Shown piece by piece: positions 10,118 through 19,228 of a stretch of DNA of 64,000 nucleotides. The stretch's first letter is position 1. The number at the start of each line of letters is the position of its first letter. The notes under the pieces are model-generated. The model was not told the DNA's origin, made no database searches, and saw nothing but the letters and a program-made list of their open reading frames with translations. The stretch is taken from positions 196-64,195 of the forward strand of contig JASEEX010000004.1 of the NCBI GenBank assembly GCA_030019415.1, written 5' to 3'. A program made the translations under genes and the position numbers. The DNA comes from Thermodesulfovibrionales bacterium. GTDB lineage: Bacteria > Nitrospirota > Thermodesulfovibrionia > Thermodesulfovibrionales > SM23-35.

Positions 10118-11322
10118 TATTTAGCTCTAAGTTCAACCAGTCTGTCTAATATCGCATCTGCCACAGAATCCTTACTCATAAGTGGAAGCCTTATCTCCTT
10201 CTTTCTGTCAATAATGACAACACTGTTTGTATCAACATCAAACCCTGAACCGGTCTCTGTAATATCATTGAAAATGATCATGTCCATATCCTTTTCCTTT
10301 AATTTCCTTCTTGCCCGTTCAATCTTTCTACCCGTCTCTGCTGCAAAACCAATAATAAATGGCCTGTTTATCCTCTTTCCAATCTCCGAAATAATATCGG
10401 GTGTTCGGTGCAGCCCTAAAAGGAGCTCTTCAGATTTCTCAATCTTCTCTTCTGCCTTTTCGGCAGGCACAAAATCAGAAACAGCGGCTGACATAATCAG
10501 CACTGTTGATGAAGGTAGCTCTCGATTTACAGCATTCAACATATCAACTGTTGTGTCTACAAGAACGAATTTTATCCCTTTCGGTTGGCTTAATACTGAA
10601 GGGCCACTTATTAGTATTACCTCTGCACCTCTTCTCAGAGCAGCCCTTGCTATTGCATACCCCATCCTTCCCGATGACCTGTTTGATATAAACCTGATAG
10701 GATCAAGGTATTCTCTGGTAGGTCCAGCGGTCACAAGGATTTTTTCTTTCGCAAGGTCTTTCTGGCTGAGGGCAGACCTTATGGTCTCGATTATCTCAGA
10801 GATGTCTGACATCCTTCCCATTCCCTCTTCTCCACATGCGAGACCTCCTTTTTCGGGCCCGACCTGAATAACCCCGCGGGATAAAAGATATTTCAAGTTC
10901 TCCTGGAAAACAGGGTTCTCATACATCCTCCAGTTCATAGAGGGTGCAATAACTACTTTACCAATAAATGAAAGGAGACAGGTGGTCAGAAGGTTATCAG
11001 CAATACCCCTTGCAAACTTCCCGATCGTATTTGCTGTTGCAGGGGCTACAACCATGATATCTGCATTAGCAGACAACGTTATATGGGCCATGGGATCACT
11101 GAAGAGGTCGGAATAAACCCTGTTTTGAGAGGCAATCTCGAGAGATAGGGGTGTTATAAATTTTTTGGCAGCCTCGGTCATAATCACGATAACCGATGTG
11201 CCTTCATCTCTGAGTCTTCTTATTAAGTCAACAGCCTTGTAAGCCGCAACTCCACCTGTCACACCGAGGAGTACGGACTTATCCCTCAAAACCTTTCTCT
11301 CTTCTATCACCGAAGAAATCAT
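10117..11322 (-). CDS. coaBC: Bifunctional phosphopantothenoylcysteine decarboxylase / phosphopantothenate-cysteine ligase
   Basis: Flavoprotein N-domain ([23 protein letters not shown]) plus a DFP C-domain (ITAGPT.E.LDP.R.ISN.SSG.MG); 401 aa. Confidence 0.9.
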   Translation of the reverse strand: MISSVIEERKVLRDKSVLLGVTGGVAAYKAVDLIRRLRDEGTSVIVIMTEAAKKFITPLSLEIASQNRVYSDLFSDPMAHITLSANADIMVVAPATANTIGKFARGIADNLLTTCLLSFIGKVVIAPSMNWRMYENPVFQENLKYLLSRGVIQVGPEKGGLACGEEGMGRMSDISEIIETIRSALSQKDLAKEKILVTAGPTREYLDPIRFISNRSSGRMGYAIARAALRRGAEVILISGPSVLSQPKGIKFVLVDTTVDMLNAVNRELPSSTVLIMSAAVSDFVPAEKAEEKIEKSEELLLGLHRTPDIISEIGKRINRPFIIGFAAETGRKIERARRKLKEKDMDMIIFNDITETGSGFDVDTNSVVIIDRKKEIRLPLMSKDSVADAILDRLVELRAK

Positions 11323-11671
11323 CGGGAGCCTTCCTATCCGCCGCCTCCTTTTCGTGGAGATAGTACTTTAGGTCTTTTTCGAGTTCCGACAACTCCTCAC
11401 CAGCCTTCTCCCTTTCCTCAAGGAGTCTTCTGTAGTCCAACTTCTTCGACTCTTCTTTAGCCTCTCTGGCCTTCTCACCTGTCAGGAACTCGACGGCATT
11501 ACTTATTGTTTCCTCAAGGGCTTGAGTAGTAACCTTCTTTGCCCTTGTTTTAACCCTAGGCTTAGCGCCTAAAAAGAGCTCCTTCGCCCTCTGAAATGCT
11601 ATAGCTGCAATCCTATATCTTCCATCGATCTTATTTCTGTCGTATTCAATTGGTAGAGAAACAATATCCAT
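11279..11671 (-). CDS. rpoZ: RNA polymerase omega subunit with long acidic/basic C-terminal extension
   Basis: GRYRIAAIAFQRAKEL resembles the omega core, and the gene sits in the conserved gmk-rpoZ-coaBC position. It overlaps the annotated coaBC start by 44 nt. Confidence 0.7.
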   Translation of the reverse strand: MDIVSLPIEYDRNKIDGRYRIAAIAFQRAKELFLGAKPRVKTRAKKVTTQALEETISNAVEFLTGEKAREAKEESKKLDYRRLLEEREKAGEELSELEKDLKYYLHEKEAADRKAPDDFFGDRREKGFEG

Positions 11672-11682
11672 TTTTTCCTCCT

Positions 11683-11705
11683 TCCGCCCGCCTCAGGCGG
11701 GCGGA
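11683..11705. repeat. Perfect 11-1-11 GC-rich palindrome between gmk and rpoZ
   Basis: tccgcccgcctcaggcgggcgga contains the recurrent CCGCCTNAGGCGG core. On the minus strand it is followed directly by the rpoZ RBS (aaggagg). Confidence 0.7.
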
Positions 11706-11712
11706 CCTATTT

Positions 11713-12411
11713 TTAAAAATTCTTTTCAATCCACCCAAGGTCAACCCTCTTAGTGCTCACCCTGTGAGAAATTATTATTGCCTCGAGTTCTTTAAAGGCA
11801 TCCTCGAAGACATTATTTACTATAACATAATCATACTCTCGATATTTTTTTATCTCCTCAACCGCCCCCTTAAGCCTTTTCTCTATCTCCTCCTTTGAAT
11901 TAGCCATTCGCTTTCTGAGTCTTTCTTTCAGTACCTCCATAGATGGTGTAAGCACGAAGATATATACACCTCCTTTGTATTTTTCTTTGAGCTGCATCGC
12001 GCCCTGTGTGTCGATGTCCAGGATGACATCAAAACCTGAATCCATGATCTCTTCAAGCCTCTTCTTTGACGTGCCATAAAGCTCTCCGTGAATCTCTGCC
12101 CACTCCACAAATTCCCCTTTATCAATCATTTCTTTGAATTCATCCCTGCTGATAAATGTATAGTCCCTGTCATTAACTTCCCCTGGCCGCGGGGGGCGGG
12201 TAGTAAAAGAAACTGAATGTTTCAGGTTGGGCAGCGCCAATGCAACTTCTTTGTAGAGCGTTGTTTTTCCTGCACCTGAAGGTCCAGAGACTATAAAAAG
12301 AATACCCTTCCGCCTAAGGCGGACCTTACCCTTCTTCAAGGGCCTCTTTGTCTTCAATGAATCTCTGAGTAATAGTTTCGGCCTGAAGTGCTGAAAGTAC
12401 AATATGGTCAC
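11713..12411 (-). CDS. gmk: Guanylate kinase
   Basis: Motifs [24 protein letters not shown] and the GMP-binding region. The start is uncertain: ATG 12411 overlaps remA by 86 nt, and an in-frame TTG near 12348 is possible. Confidence 0.88.
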   Translation of the reverse strand: MTILYFQHFRPKLLLRDSLKTKRPLKKGKVRLRRKGILFIVSGPSGAGKTTLYKEVALALPNLKHSVSFTTRPPRPGEVNDRDYTFISRDEFKEMIDKGEFVEWAEIHGELYGTSKKRLEEIMDSGFDVILDIDTQGAMQLKEKYKGGVYIFVLTPSMEVLKERLRKRMANSKEEIEKRLKGAVEEIKKYREYDYVIVNNVFEDAFKELEAIIISHRVSTKRVDLGWIEKNF

Positions 12412-12604
12412 TGTCTGTTACTATTATCGAGCGGGTACGCCTCCCTTCAGTCGCATCAATCAGTTTGCCCCTTTTTTTTGCTTCCTCTCGAAGCCTCCTC
12501 ATTGGTGCAGAACCAGGAATAACGATTGCTACCACCCTGGAGGTTGCCACCACATTACCAAAGCCTATATTGACGAGTACCGGTCTTAAGTCACCCTTCT
12601 TCAT
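12326..12604 (-). CDS. remA: RemA/DUF370-family regulatory protein
   Basis: [60 protein letters not shown] is closely similar to Bacillus RemA (YlzA). It lies between yicC and gmk, as in Bacillus. Confidence 0.8.
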   Translation of the reverse strand: MKKGDLRPVLVNIGFGNVVATSRVVAIVIPGSAPMRRLREEAKKRGKLIDATEGRRTRSIIVTDSDHIVLSALQAETITQRFIEDKEALEEG

Positions 12605-12641
12605 ACCTTCTTCTTATCCCCATCCCCAAAAATGCATTTAT

Positions 12642-12795
12642 ATAATGCAGATGTTGTGGAAAAATTTATTTTTCGATACCTTAATATACCTTAAACTGAT
12701 GGTTTTATGAATATTTTTATCCATAAAGGGAAAGAGATATTATAATAATCTTATCGAGTTAAATAAATTTTTGAGCAATGTCTGCATTATTCGGG
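12642..12795. mobile_element. MITE-like element (copy C), shorter version of 9492-9676
   Basis: The ends ataatgcagatgttgtggaaaaatttattt and (reverse complement) ataatgcagacattgctcaaaaatttattt flank an interior colinear with copy B, minus the internal hairpin. Confidence 0.65.
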
Positions 12796-13644
12796 TTATT
12801 GTATATTCTGCACCTGTTCTCTCATCTTTTCAATCTCGATCTTCATGTCCACTGTCAGACTGGATATCGTATAATCGCTTGATTTAGATGCTGTAGTATT
12901 TACCTCTCTGCCTATCTCCTGCAGAAGAAAATCGAGTTTTCTTCCTATGACATTACCTTCACCGAGTGTCTCTATAAACTGTTTTATGTGATTTTCTATC
13001 CTGTTTACCTCTTCTGATATATCAAGTTTTTCAGCCATTATTACAGCTTCCTGCATTACCTTTGTACTGTCCATCTCTCCCGCCTCGAGTATTAAACCCA
13101 GCCTTTCGGAGAACCTTTTTCTGCAACTTTCAAACAGATGCGGCGTTAAGGATTTTATTTTATCATTAATTAAATTCAATGACTCTGCCCGCTTTTGTAG
13201 CTCCTTTGAAATCAGTTCACCCTCCCTTAGTCTCATAGTCTCAAGATTAGAGACAGCCTCATAAAAGGCGTCATAAAGTGCATCTATATCGTATTTGGGC
13301 TCTTCTTCGACAAAAAGTTCCTTGTATCCTGCAAGTGTGTCTATACCTATCTGACCGGGAATGACGAGTTCTTCTTGCAATTCCTGGAAGGCGTTATATA
13401 TCTTCCTTGCCATTTCTTTGTTTATTTTAACCTGTATTAGCTTGTGATTGTCTGTTGAGACATTAACATCAAATCTGCCTCTATTAAACTTCTCTTTAAG
13501 AATATTTCTTAAAGGTATATCATACTGGCTCAGAAAAGGGGGTGTCTTCATTGATATGTCGATAAATCTGTGATTCAAAGAACGGATTTCAACCCTGAAG
13601 CCATTCTTCTCTGCCCTACCAAAGCCTGTCATGCTCTGTACCAT
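12796..13644 (-). CDS. yicC: YicC/YloC-family endoribonuclease
   Basis: N-terminus MVQSMTGFGRAE...RS.NHRF and C-terminus ...VEIEKMREQVQNIQ, typical of the YicC N- and C-domains. Confidence 0.85.
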   Translation of the reverse strand: MVQSMTGFGRAEKNGFRVEIRSLNHRFIDISMKTPPFLSQYDIPLRNILKEKFNRGRFDVNVSTDNHKLIQVKINKEMARKIYNAFQELQEELVIPGQIGIDTLAGYKELFVEEEPKYDIDALYDAFYEAVSNLETMRLREGELISKELQKRAESLNLINDKIKSLTPHLFESCRKRFSERLGLILEAGEMDSTKVMQEAVIMAEKLDISEEVNRIENHIKQFIETLGEGNVIGRKLDFLLQEIGREVNTTASKSSDYTISSLTVDMKIEIEKMREQVQNIQ

Positions 13645-13791
13645 AAATAATAATAAACTATAAAACAGCCATCCAATTTAGTCAAATTTTAAGCATCAAG
13701 GAACTTGCCTTAGGACTATCAATCTTTCAATAGTGCCATTATAACTTTAAAACCCTTGATATATTTGTTAGAATTATTTAAGGAGATTATC

Positions 13792-16026
13792 GTGAATCGA
13801 ACAAAGGGTATTAAGTATTTTTGGAGTCGACTATTAGCCTTCTCTTCAAGGTCAATTTTTGACTTCAATATAGAACATTTAAAGAAGATGGTTATTGTTG
13901 GCACGCCTCTTTTACTCATTATTACCTTATTAATCGGCTGGTTGTCTGCAAGGAAGGTCAGGGAAACAGTGGTTAAAGACTTCAACCAACAGCAGTTACT
14001 CCTCGCAAAACATGCCGCCACTCAGATAGAAGATAGCCTTAACCATTTGAAGAGGGAGCTGTCTCTCCTCAGTCTTTCACCATCCATACAATACAAAGAG
14101 TCAGCCTTTATGGATAAAAGAATGGATATCGCCTTTTTAAGTATTAAGGATAAAGGAGGAGTGGAAATAAGATTTATAGATATCAAGACCCATATGGTGG
14201 ATGACCTTGGATACAGGAGTGTAAGTCCTTCTCGTGAAGACATATATTATCTGGGGTGGGCAAAGAGGGAAGAAAATAAAGGCCATATACTTATATGCGA
14301 TATTTTTGGGAGGGATTATGGAGATAATTATAAGAGACCCATGACGAGGTTGGTTATACCAGTCTGGCAGGTCTCTGTGGATGAGTCACATCCCGTAGCA
14401 CAAAATAAATTTTCCGGGGCCTTAATGTTCCTCGTTGATGCTACTGAATTAACAGGAAAAGTTACAAAAGGAATACAGTCCGGGAAAACAGGATATGCAT
14501 GGGTGGTTGATAGAAAAGGCATCTTTCTTTACCATCATGAAAAAGATTTTATCGGCAAAAATGCCTTTGAAGTACGAAAAGGGAAAATGCCCTCTATATC
14601 CTTTACAAGGATTAATGAGATCCAGAAAGAAAAGATGTTAAAAGGTAAGGAGGGGACAAGCTGGTATATATCTGGATGGCATAGAGGGCAAGAGGGTAAG
14701 ATCAAAAAGCTGATTGCCTATGCACCTATTAGATTAGACGATACCAATAAGGCCGAAAATATCTGGTCTGTGGCAGCAGTAGCACCTATAAATGAGGTTG
14801 AGGGTACTATTCGGGGAATACAGATTGGACAATTTCTGCTTGAGGGCGTTGTTGTTTTTGGGATACTTTCTGGGGGTTTTTTGATATTCAGCATATTGCT
14901 TAAATGGTCAATTGTTTTGAAAAAGGAAGTTGAAGAAAAGACTAAAGAACTCAGGAAATCCGAAGACCTGTACAGGTCCCTTGTGGAGAATGCAGAGGAT
15001 ATCATCTTTACAGTGGACAGGGAGGGTAAGTTTCTCTCTATGAACAGATATGGTTACAATTTTTTAAACAAAGGACACGAGGACATTATGGGCTTCAACA
15101 TTGCAGAACTGTTTCATGATGAAGAAGCTGGCCTTCAGTTGAAAACAATAGAAAGGGTCTTTGAAACCAATGTAAGCAGGAATTTAATCAGCAAGGTCAG
15201 AGTGAATGGGTCTGAACACTGGCTCAGCACAATCTTCAGCGGACTCCAGGACGAAAATGGAAATGTCATTTCCGTACTGGGAATCGCAAGAGACATCACA
15301 GAAAGAAAGAAGGTAGAAGAGCAGATGTACCACACTGAAAAACTGGCATCAGTGGGAACAATGGCTGCTGGTGTGGCACACGAGATAAACAATCCTCTGG
15401 CGATAATTCTCGGATTTACAGAGATGCTGACAGAAAAGGTGCCTCAAGACTCCGAATTTTATGAGATATTAAAGACTGTAGAGAAACAAGGTCTTAATGC
15501 TAAGAGGATTGTGGAAAATCTTCTCAGCTTTGCACGCTTTTCAGAGCCTAAGGAAGAAGAAGTGGATATAAATGAGAATATCGAGGCGGTGCTTGCTGTT
15601 GAAGGTAATACCCTCACACTCAACAATATTTTCGTAGAAAGAGATATAGCGGAATCCCTGCCAATGGTTAAAGGAGACCCGGGTGAAGTCCAACAGGTCT
15701 TCTTCAATATAATCAGTAATGCCATTTCAGCCATGAAAGGAGGCGGAATCCTGAAAATCGTTACAAGGGCTGTAGATGGCGGAAGGAGTGTTGAGATAAG
15801 GATTTCAGATACAGGTTGGGGGATTAAAAAAGAGCACAGGGCAAAGATATTCGACCCATTTTTTACAACCAAGAAAGTTGGCGAGGGCACTGGACTAGGA
15901 CTCACCATATCATATGCACTTGTTACTAAACATGGTGGATCAATTACTTTTGAAACAAAGACAAAAGAGGAATCAGAGAAGACAGGGACGACTTTTATAA
16001 TAACCTTGCCAGCAATTAAAAAATAG
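13792..16026 (+). CDS. Sensor histidine kinase (TM - Cache-like periplasmic domain - TM - PAS - HisKA - HATPase)
   Basis: H-box AAGVAHEINNPL, N/G boxes (ISNAI.A, DTGWGI, GTGLGL) and a PAS segment (DIIFTVDREGKF...ARDITERK). A GTG start at 13792 lies 6 nt after AAGGAG; the longer track ORF (13756) is less likely. Confidence 0.85.
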   Translation: MNRTKGIKYFWSRLLAFSSRSIFDFNIEHLKKMVIVGTPLLLIITLLIGWLSARKVRETVVKDFNQQQLLLAKHAATQIEDSLNHLKRELSLLSLSPSIQYKESAFMDKRMDIAFLSIKDKGGVEIRFIDIKTHMVDDLGYRSVSPSREDIYYLGWAKREENKGHILICDIFGRDYGDNYKRPMTRLVIPVWQVSVDESHPVAQNKFSGALMFLVDATELTGKVTKGIQSGKTGYAWVVDRKGIFLYHHEKDFIGKNAFEVRKGKMPSISFTRINEIQKEKMLKGKEGTSWYISGWHRGQEGKIKKLIAYAPIRLDDTNKAENIWSVAAVAPINEVEGTIRGIQIGQFLLEGVVVFGILSGGFLIFSILLKWSIVLKKEVEEKTKELRKSEDLYRSLVENAEDIIFTVDREGKFLSMNRYGYNFLNKGHEDIMGFNIAELFHDEEAGLQLKTIERVFETNVSRNLISKVRVNGSEHWLSTIFSGLQDENGNVISVLGIARDITERKKVEEQMYHTEKLASVGTMAAGVAHEINNPLAIILGFTEMLTEKVPQDSEFYEILKTVEKQGLNAKRIVENLLSFARFSEPKEEEVDINENIEAVLAVEGNTLTLNNIFVERDIAESLPMVKGDPGEVQQVFFNIISNAISAMKGGGILKIVTRAVDGGRSVEIRISDTGWGIKKEHRAKIFDPFFTTKKVGEGTGLGLTISYALVTKHGGSITFETKTKEESEKTGTTFIITLPAIKK

Positions 16027-16032
16027 TTTCAG

Positions 16033-16100
16033 AGTTTAAGGTTGAAAGTTTAATGATTTGTAACTTTAAACCGTTAAACTTTTAAACCTTTAAACTAAAA
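16033..16100. repeat. GTTTAAAGG/GTTGAAAGTT short-period repeat block (left of the response regulator gene)
   Basis: gtttaaggttgaaagtttaatgatttgtaactttaaaccgttaaacttttaaacctttaaac is self-complementary. aaggttgaaagtt (16038-16050) is the reverse complement of 16605-16617. Confidence 0.55.
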
Positions 16101-16114
16101 TTAGGGAGGAAGAT

Positions 16115-16534
16115 ATGCCTGAGAAGATATTAATAGTAGATGATGAACCAGATATGTTGAGGCTTCTAAGTATGATAATAAGGGAGAAGACTCCTTATGA
16201 GGTCACAACCACCAATAACCCTCTTGAGGCCCTCGAATTGACCAAAAAAGGAGGGCTTGACCTCCTTATCGCAGACTTAAAGATGCCGGGGCTAAACGGG
16301 ATAGAACTCCTTGAGTCTGTTAAGCGCTTTGATGAGGATATCCCTACAATTATCATCACAGCCTATGGCACCGTTGAAGCTGCTGTCGAGACAATGCAAA
16401 AAGGCGCCTTTGACTTTATAACAAAGCCCTTCAGGAAGGAGCAGATACTTTTTACAATAGAAAGGGCACTGAAGTGGATAAGGCTACAGAGGGAAAATAA
16501 GATGTTGAAAGAACAATTAAAGAGTGAAGTTTAA
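16115..16534 (+). CDS. Stand-alone response regulator receiver (CheY-like)
   Basis: Motifs ILIVDDEPDM, DLLIADLKMPG.NG and FDFITKPF; 139 aa with no output domain. Confidence 0.9.
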   Translation: MPEKILIVDDEPDMLRLLSMIIREKTPYEVTTTNNPLEALELTKKGGLDLLIADLKMPGLNGIELLESVKRFDEDIPTIIITAYGTVEAAVETMQKGAFDFITKPFRKEQILFTIERALKWIRLQRENKMLKEQLKSEV

Positions 16535-16617
16535 AGGTTTAATGGTTTAATGATTTAAGGGTTCAAGGTTTAACAGTCAGTAACTTTTAAACTTTAAACT
16601 ATTCAACTTTCAACCTT
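16535..16617. repeat. GTTTAAAGG/GTTGAAAGTT short-period repeat block (right of the response regulator gene)
   Basis: aggtttaatggtttaatgatttaagggttcaaggtttaac...aactttcaacctt. Its last 15 nt encode the C-terminal ...VES* of the convergent gene. Confidence 0.55.
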
Positions 16618-19161
16618 TATTTTTAGGTGTTCTCTTATGAATTCTTCCATATGTAATTCAGTAGTGGCATCATCATGCATGATTGCATCCAGTTGTTTAG
16701 TGTAGACTGTTAGTCTACCTAAAACTTCTAATTTTTCTTTAAGTTGTGACTTTTTATACTTCGTGATAATAGCATCGATGACGTCTTCTGTAACCTTTAC
16801 ATCAAAATCAATTTTTTTGAGTATCTCACTAATGAGCTTGACCCTTCTCAATCTCCTCTCTCTACTCGCACCACCCCCCTTGAAAAAGAACCTGATGTAA
16901 TTGTCATTTATGTTTTCCCCTGTATATGCCTCGATTACGGAAAGATGATAGCCAAGTCTTATCGAGAAATTCATATATTCCCTGGAGATGAAAGAGAAAC
17001 TCTCCTCCCCTATCCGCTCAAGCTCTACCTCTGGTATTGCGGCAGTTTCTGCAATCATTCCTAAGAATCCTTTGACATCGACGTGCCTCGGCCCCGGCCA
17101 TTCCAGTGAGATAAGACCTTTGAGAAAGGCATTAAAAGATACTGAGCTAATGTATTCAGGGGTAAGTTTTTGGGGAGCACCTTTAATGCCTCCGCCTAAA
17201 TCGATGAGATATACGAGAAGGGGTATGCCTGCTACAAGTCTAATCCTCTCAACATCTTCTGGTAATTCCTCTGAAATCTTGAACATCTCCTGCATTGCCT
17301 TCTGATGGGCAAAGCGCGTTATATCGTGCAGGGTTTCACAGAATTCAGGTTTAAACCGCTCATCCTCAGGATCTACTAAATTCAGGGGAACGATCCACCT
17401 CAGTACTTTTTCGAAAGTTTTGAAGAGCCGCGTGCCCTTAAAAGGCTCTTCCTTTTTTTCTGCAAATTCTTCCAGCTCCTTCACGTGCCCTTCATAGATA
17501 TTGCAATTTATTGCATCTACAGTTATTTCCTGGCCATTTCTCAGAATCACTGTGGCGACCCCGGTATCGAAAATAGTTGGTATCTGGAACTCCCGAGCTA
17601 TCGTTGCTAAATGAACTGTAGTCCCTCCAACATCTGTGATAATTGCGCTTGCCTTGTTCATAACAGTGACATACTTTGTAGAGGTATGTTTTGCCACAAG
17701 CACAGCACCTTCAGGGAAGTTCTCCAGATCCTCCTCTGTCCTGACAATATAAGCCTTCCCAAAGCCTATTCCTTTGCAAACAATTATACCTTTGTCGATC
17801 AGGATGTTGTATCCAGCGACATGAATAGGAACCGGCCTAGTTGGTTCTCTTGTAAGGATCATCAGTGGCCTGGTCTGAAGTATATAAGGCCTGCCATCTT
17901 TATCTATTGCCCATTCAATATCCTGTGGAGATTTATAGTGATTCTCGATAGCGATGGCATACTCAGCAAGGGATTTAATCTGTTCATCACTCAAGCTGGG
18001 TTTTCCCTTTATCTCTTCAGGTAAAGGGACCTCTTCCACCTCCCCATCAGGTCTACATATAAGCATACTTTTTTGCTCCGGGACTGTCCTTTTGATTATC
18101 TCTAATGGATGTATTGACAAAACATATGTTTCAGGGGTTACTACTCCTTCAACTATGTACTTTCCCAGGCCACGGACAACGCTGATAATAAGGGTATCGG
18201 CCTTTGGATTATTGGGATCTCTCGAGTACATTACCCCTGCTGCCTTTGCATCTATCATTACAACGACACCTACAGACATAACCATCTCATATTCATGTAA
18301 CCCTTTTGTCTTGTAATAGAATATGGCCCTGGGAGTAAAGAGGCTTGCTATGACCTCTTTGTATCTCTGGGGGATTAGATCAGGAGGTACGTTAAGGAAG
18401 GTAGAGTATTGTCCTGCAAAACTGAACTCCCCGTCTTCAAGGAGTGCACTGCTCCTTACAGAGACCATAACCTTCTTGCCATATTTATCGTAGAGCCTTG
18501 AGTAGGCATTCCGTATCTCTCTTTCAATATCATATGGAATCTCGGCCTTTATAATCTGTTCCTGAAGCTCACGGCTTTTACTGTTCAGCACATCAAGGTT
18601 GTCAACCGGAAGCTTAAATAATACCTTGTTTATCCTTTCAACTAACTCATTGTGCTCCATGAACCTTTTAAAGGCAAAAGCGCTTATAGCAAAGCCCTCA
18701 GGTGTGGGTATCCTGAGATGATTCCTTACTTCTCCGAGGTTGGCATTTTTATTTCCCAGACTATCTGTCATTTCCCTTGTGATTTCGTCAAAAGGTATAG
18801 TATAGCTGCTGACAGGAATCTCTTTTCTCCTGGCTAGGAACCTTTCTATTTCTGAATAAATCATATTGAATCTATCGTATAGATTGTGGTATTTCTCCTC
18901 TGAGATTTCATTCAGTTTGTCCACAATTTTCCTTACATTCTCACCGATAGCCATGATAGTGTTTATATAGGGTCTGTCGATGAGAAATTCGCCTGATAGC
19001 TTTTCCTCCATATCTGCCATTAGTTCAAGGACAGAATTATTTTGTGATAGCAGTTCATGAAAAGAATGGAATTTTTTAAGTAAAAAGGCTCTGCCACTTT
19101 CTATTTCTTCCCTGGGCGCCGGCTTTCTTAAAATTCCTGAAAGTTGCTTCCAAAGTCTCAT
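16603..19161 (-). CDS. PEP-utilizer-like phosphotransferase, paralogue 1: helical N-domain + PPDK_N-type ATP-grasp + swivel phosphohistidine domain + unassigned ~320-aa C-domain
   Basis: GNKNANLGEV, VSVRSSALLEDGEFSFAGQY, DIEWAIDKDGRPYILQTRP and AIITDVGGTTVHLATIAREFQIPT. The C-terminal part lacks recognisable PEP/pyruvate TIM-barrel motifs. Confidence 0.75.
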   Translation of the reverse strand: MRLWKQLSGILRKPAPREEIESGRAFLLKKFHSFHELLSQNNSVLELMADMEEKLSGEFLIDRPYINTIMAIGENVRKIVDKLNEISEEKYHNLYDRFNMIYSEIERFLARRKEIPVSSYTIPFDEITREMTDSLGNKNANLGEVRNHLRIPTPEGFAISAFAFKRFMEHNELVERINKVLFKLPVDNLDVLNSKSRELQEQIIKAEIPYDIEREIRNAYSRLYDKYGKKVMVSVRSSALLEDGEFSFAGQYSTFLNVPPDLIPQRYKEVIASLFTPRAIFYYKTKGLHEYEMVMSVGVVVMIDAKAAGVMYSRDPNNPKADTLIISVVRGLGKYIVEGVVTPETYVLSIHPLEIIKRTVPEQKSMLICRPDGEVEEVPLPEEIKGKPSLSDEQIKSLAEYAIAIENHYKSPQDIEWAIDKDGRPYILQTRPLMILTREPTRPVPIHVAGYNILIDKGIIVCKGIGFGKAYIVRTEEDLENFPEGAVLVAKHTSTKYVTVMNKASAIITDVGGTTVHLATIAREFQIPTIFDTGVATVILRNGQEITVDAINCNIYEGHVKELEEFAEKKEEPFKGTRLFKTFEKVLRWIVPLNLVDPEDERFKPEFCETLHDITRFAHQKAMQEMFKISEELPEDVERIRLVAGIPLLVYLIDLGGGIKGAPQKLTPEYISSVSFNAFLKGLISLEWPGPRHVDVKGFLGMIAETAAIPEVELERIGEESFSFISREYMNFSIRLGYHLSVIEAYTGENINDNYIRFFFKGGGASRERRLRRVKLISEILKKIDFDVKVTEDVIDAIITKYKKSQLKEKLEVLGRLTVYTKQLDAIMHDDATTELHMEEFIREHLKIKVES

Positions 19162-19228
19162 TTTCTAATTCCTAATTTTGAGAGACAGGTAAAACGAATA
19201 GAAATGTTATGTTATCTAAGTGAGGTTC

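Noticed and set aside
10214-10867. 217-aa plus-strand ORF
   Set aside because: It lies entirely antisense to the well-supported coaBC gene. Its low-complexity Ser/Phe/Ile-rich translation is typical of a shadow ORF.
16027-16617. CRISPR-like appearance of the GTTTAAAGG repeats
   Set aside because: There is no regular repeat-spacer periodicity. The units are 7-14 nt, degenerate and contiguous, and no cas genes are present in the window.
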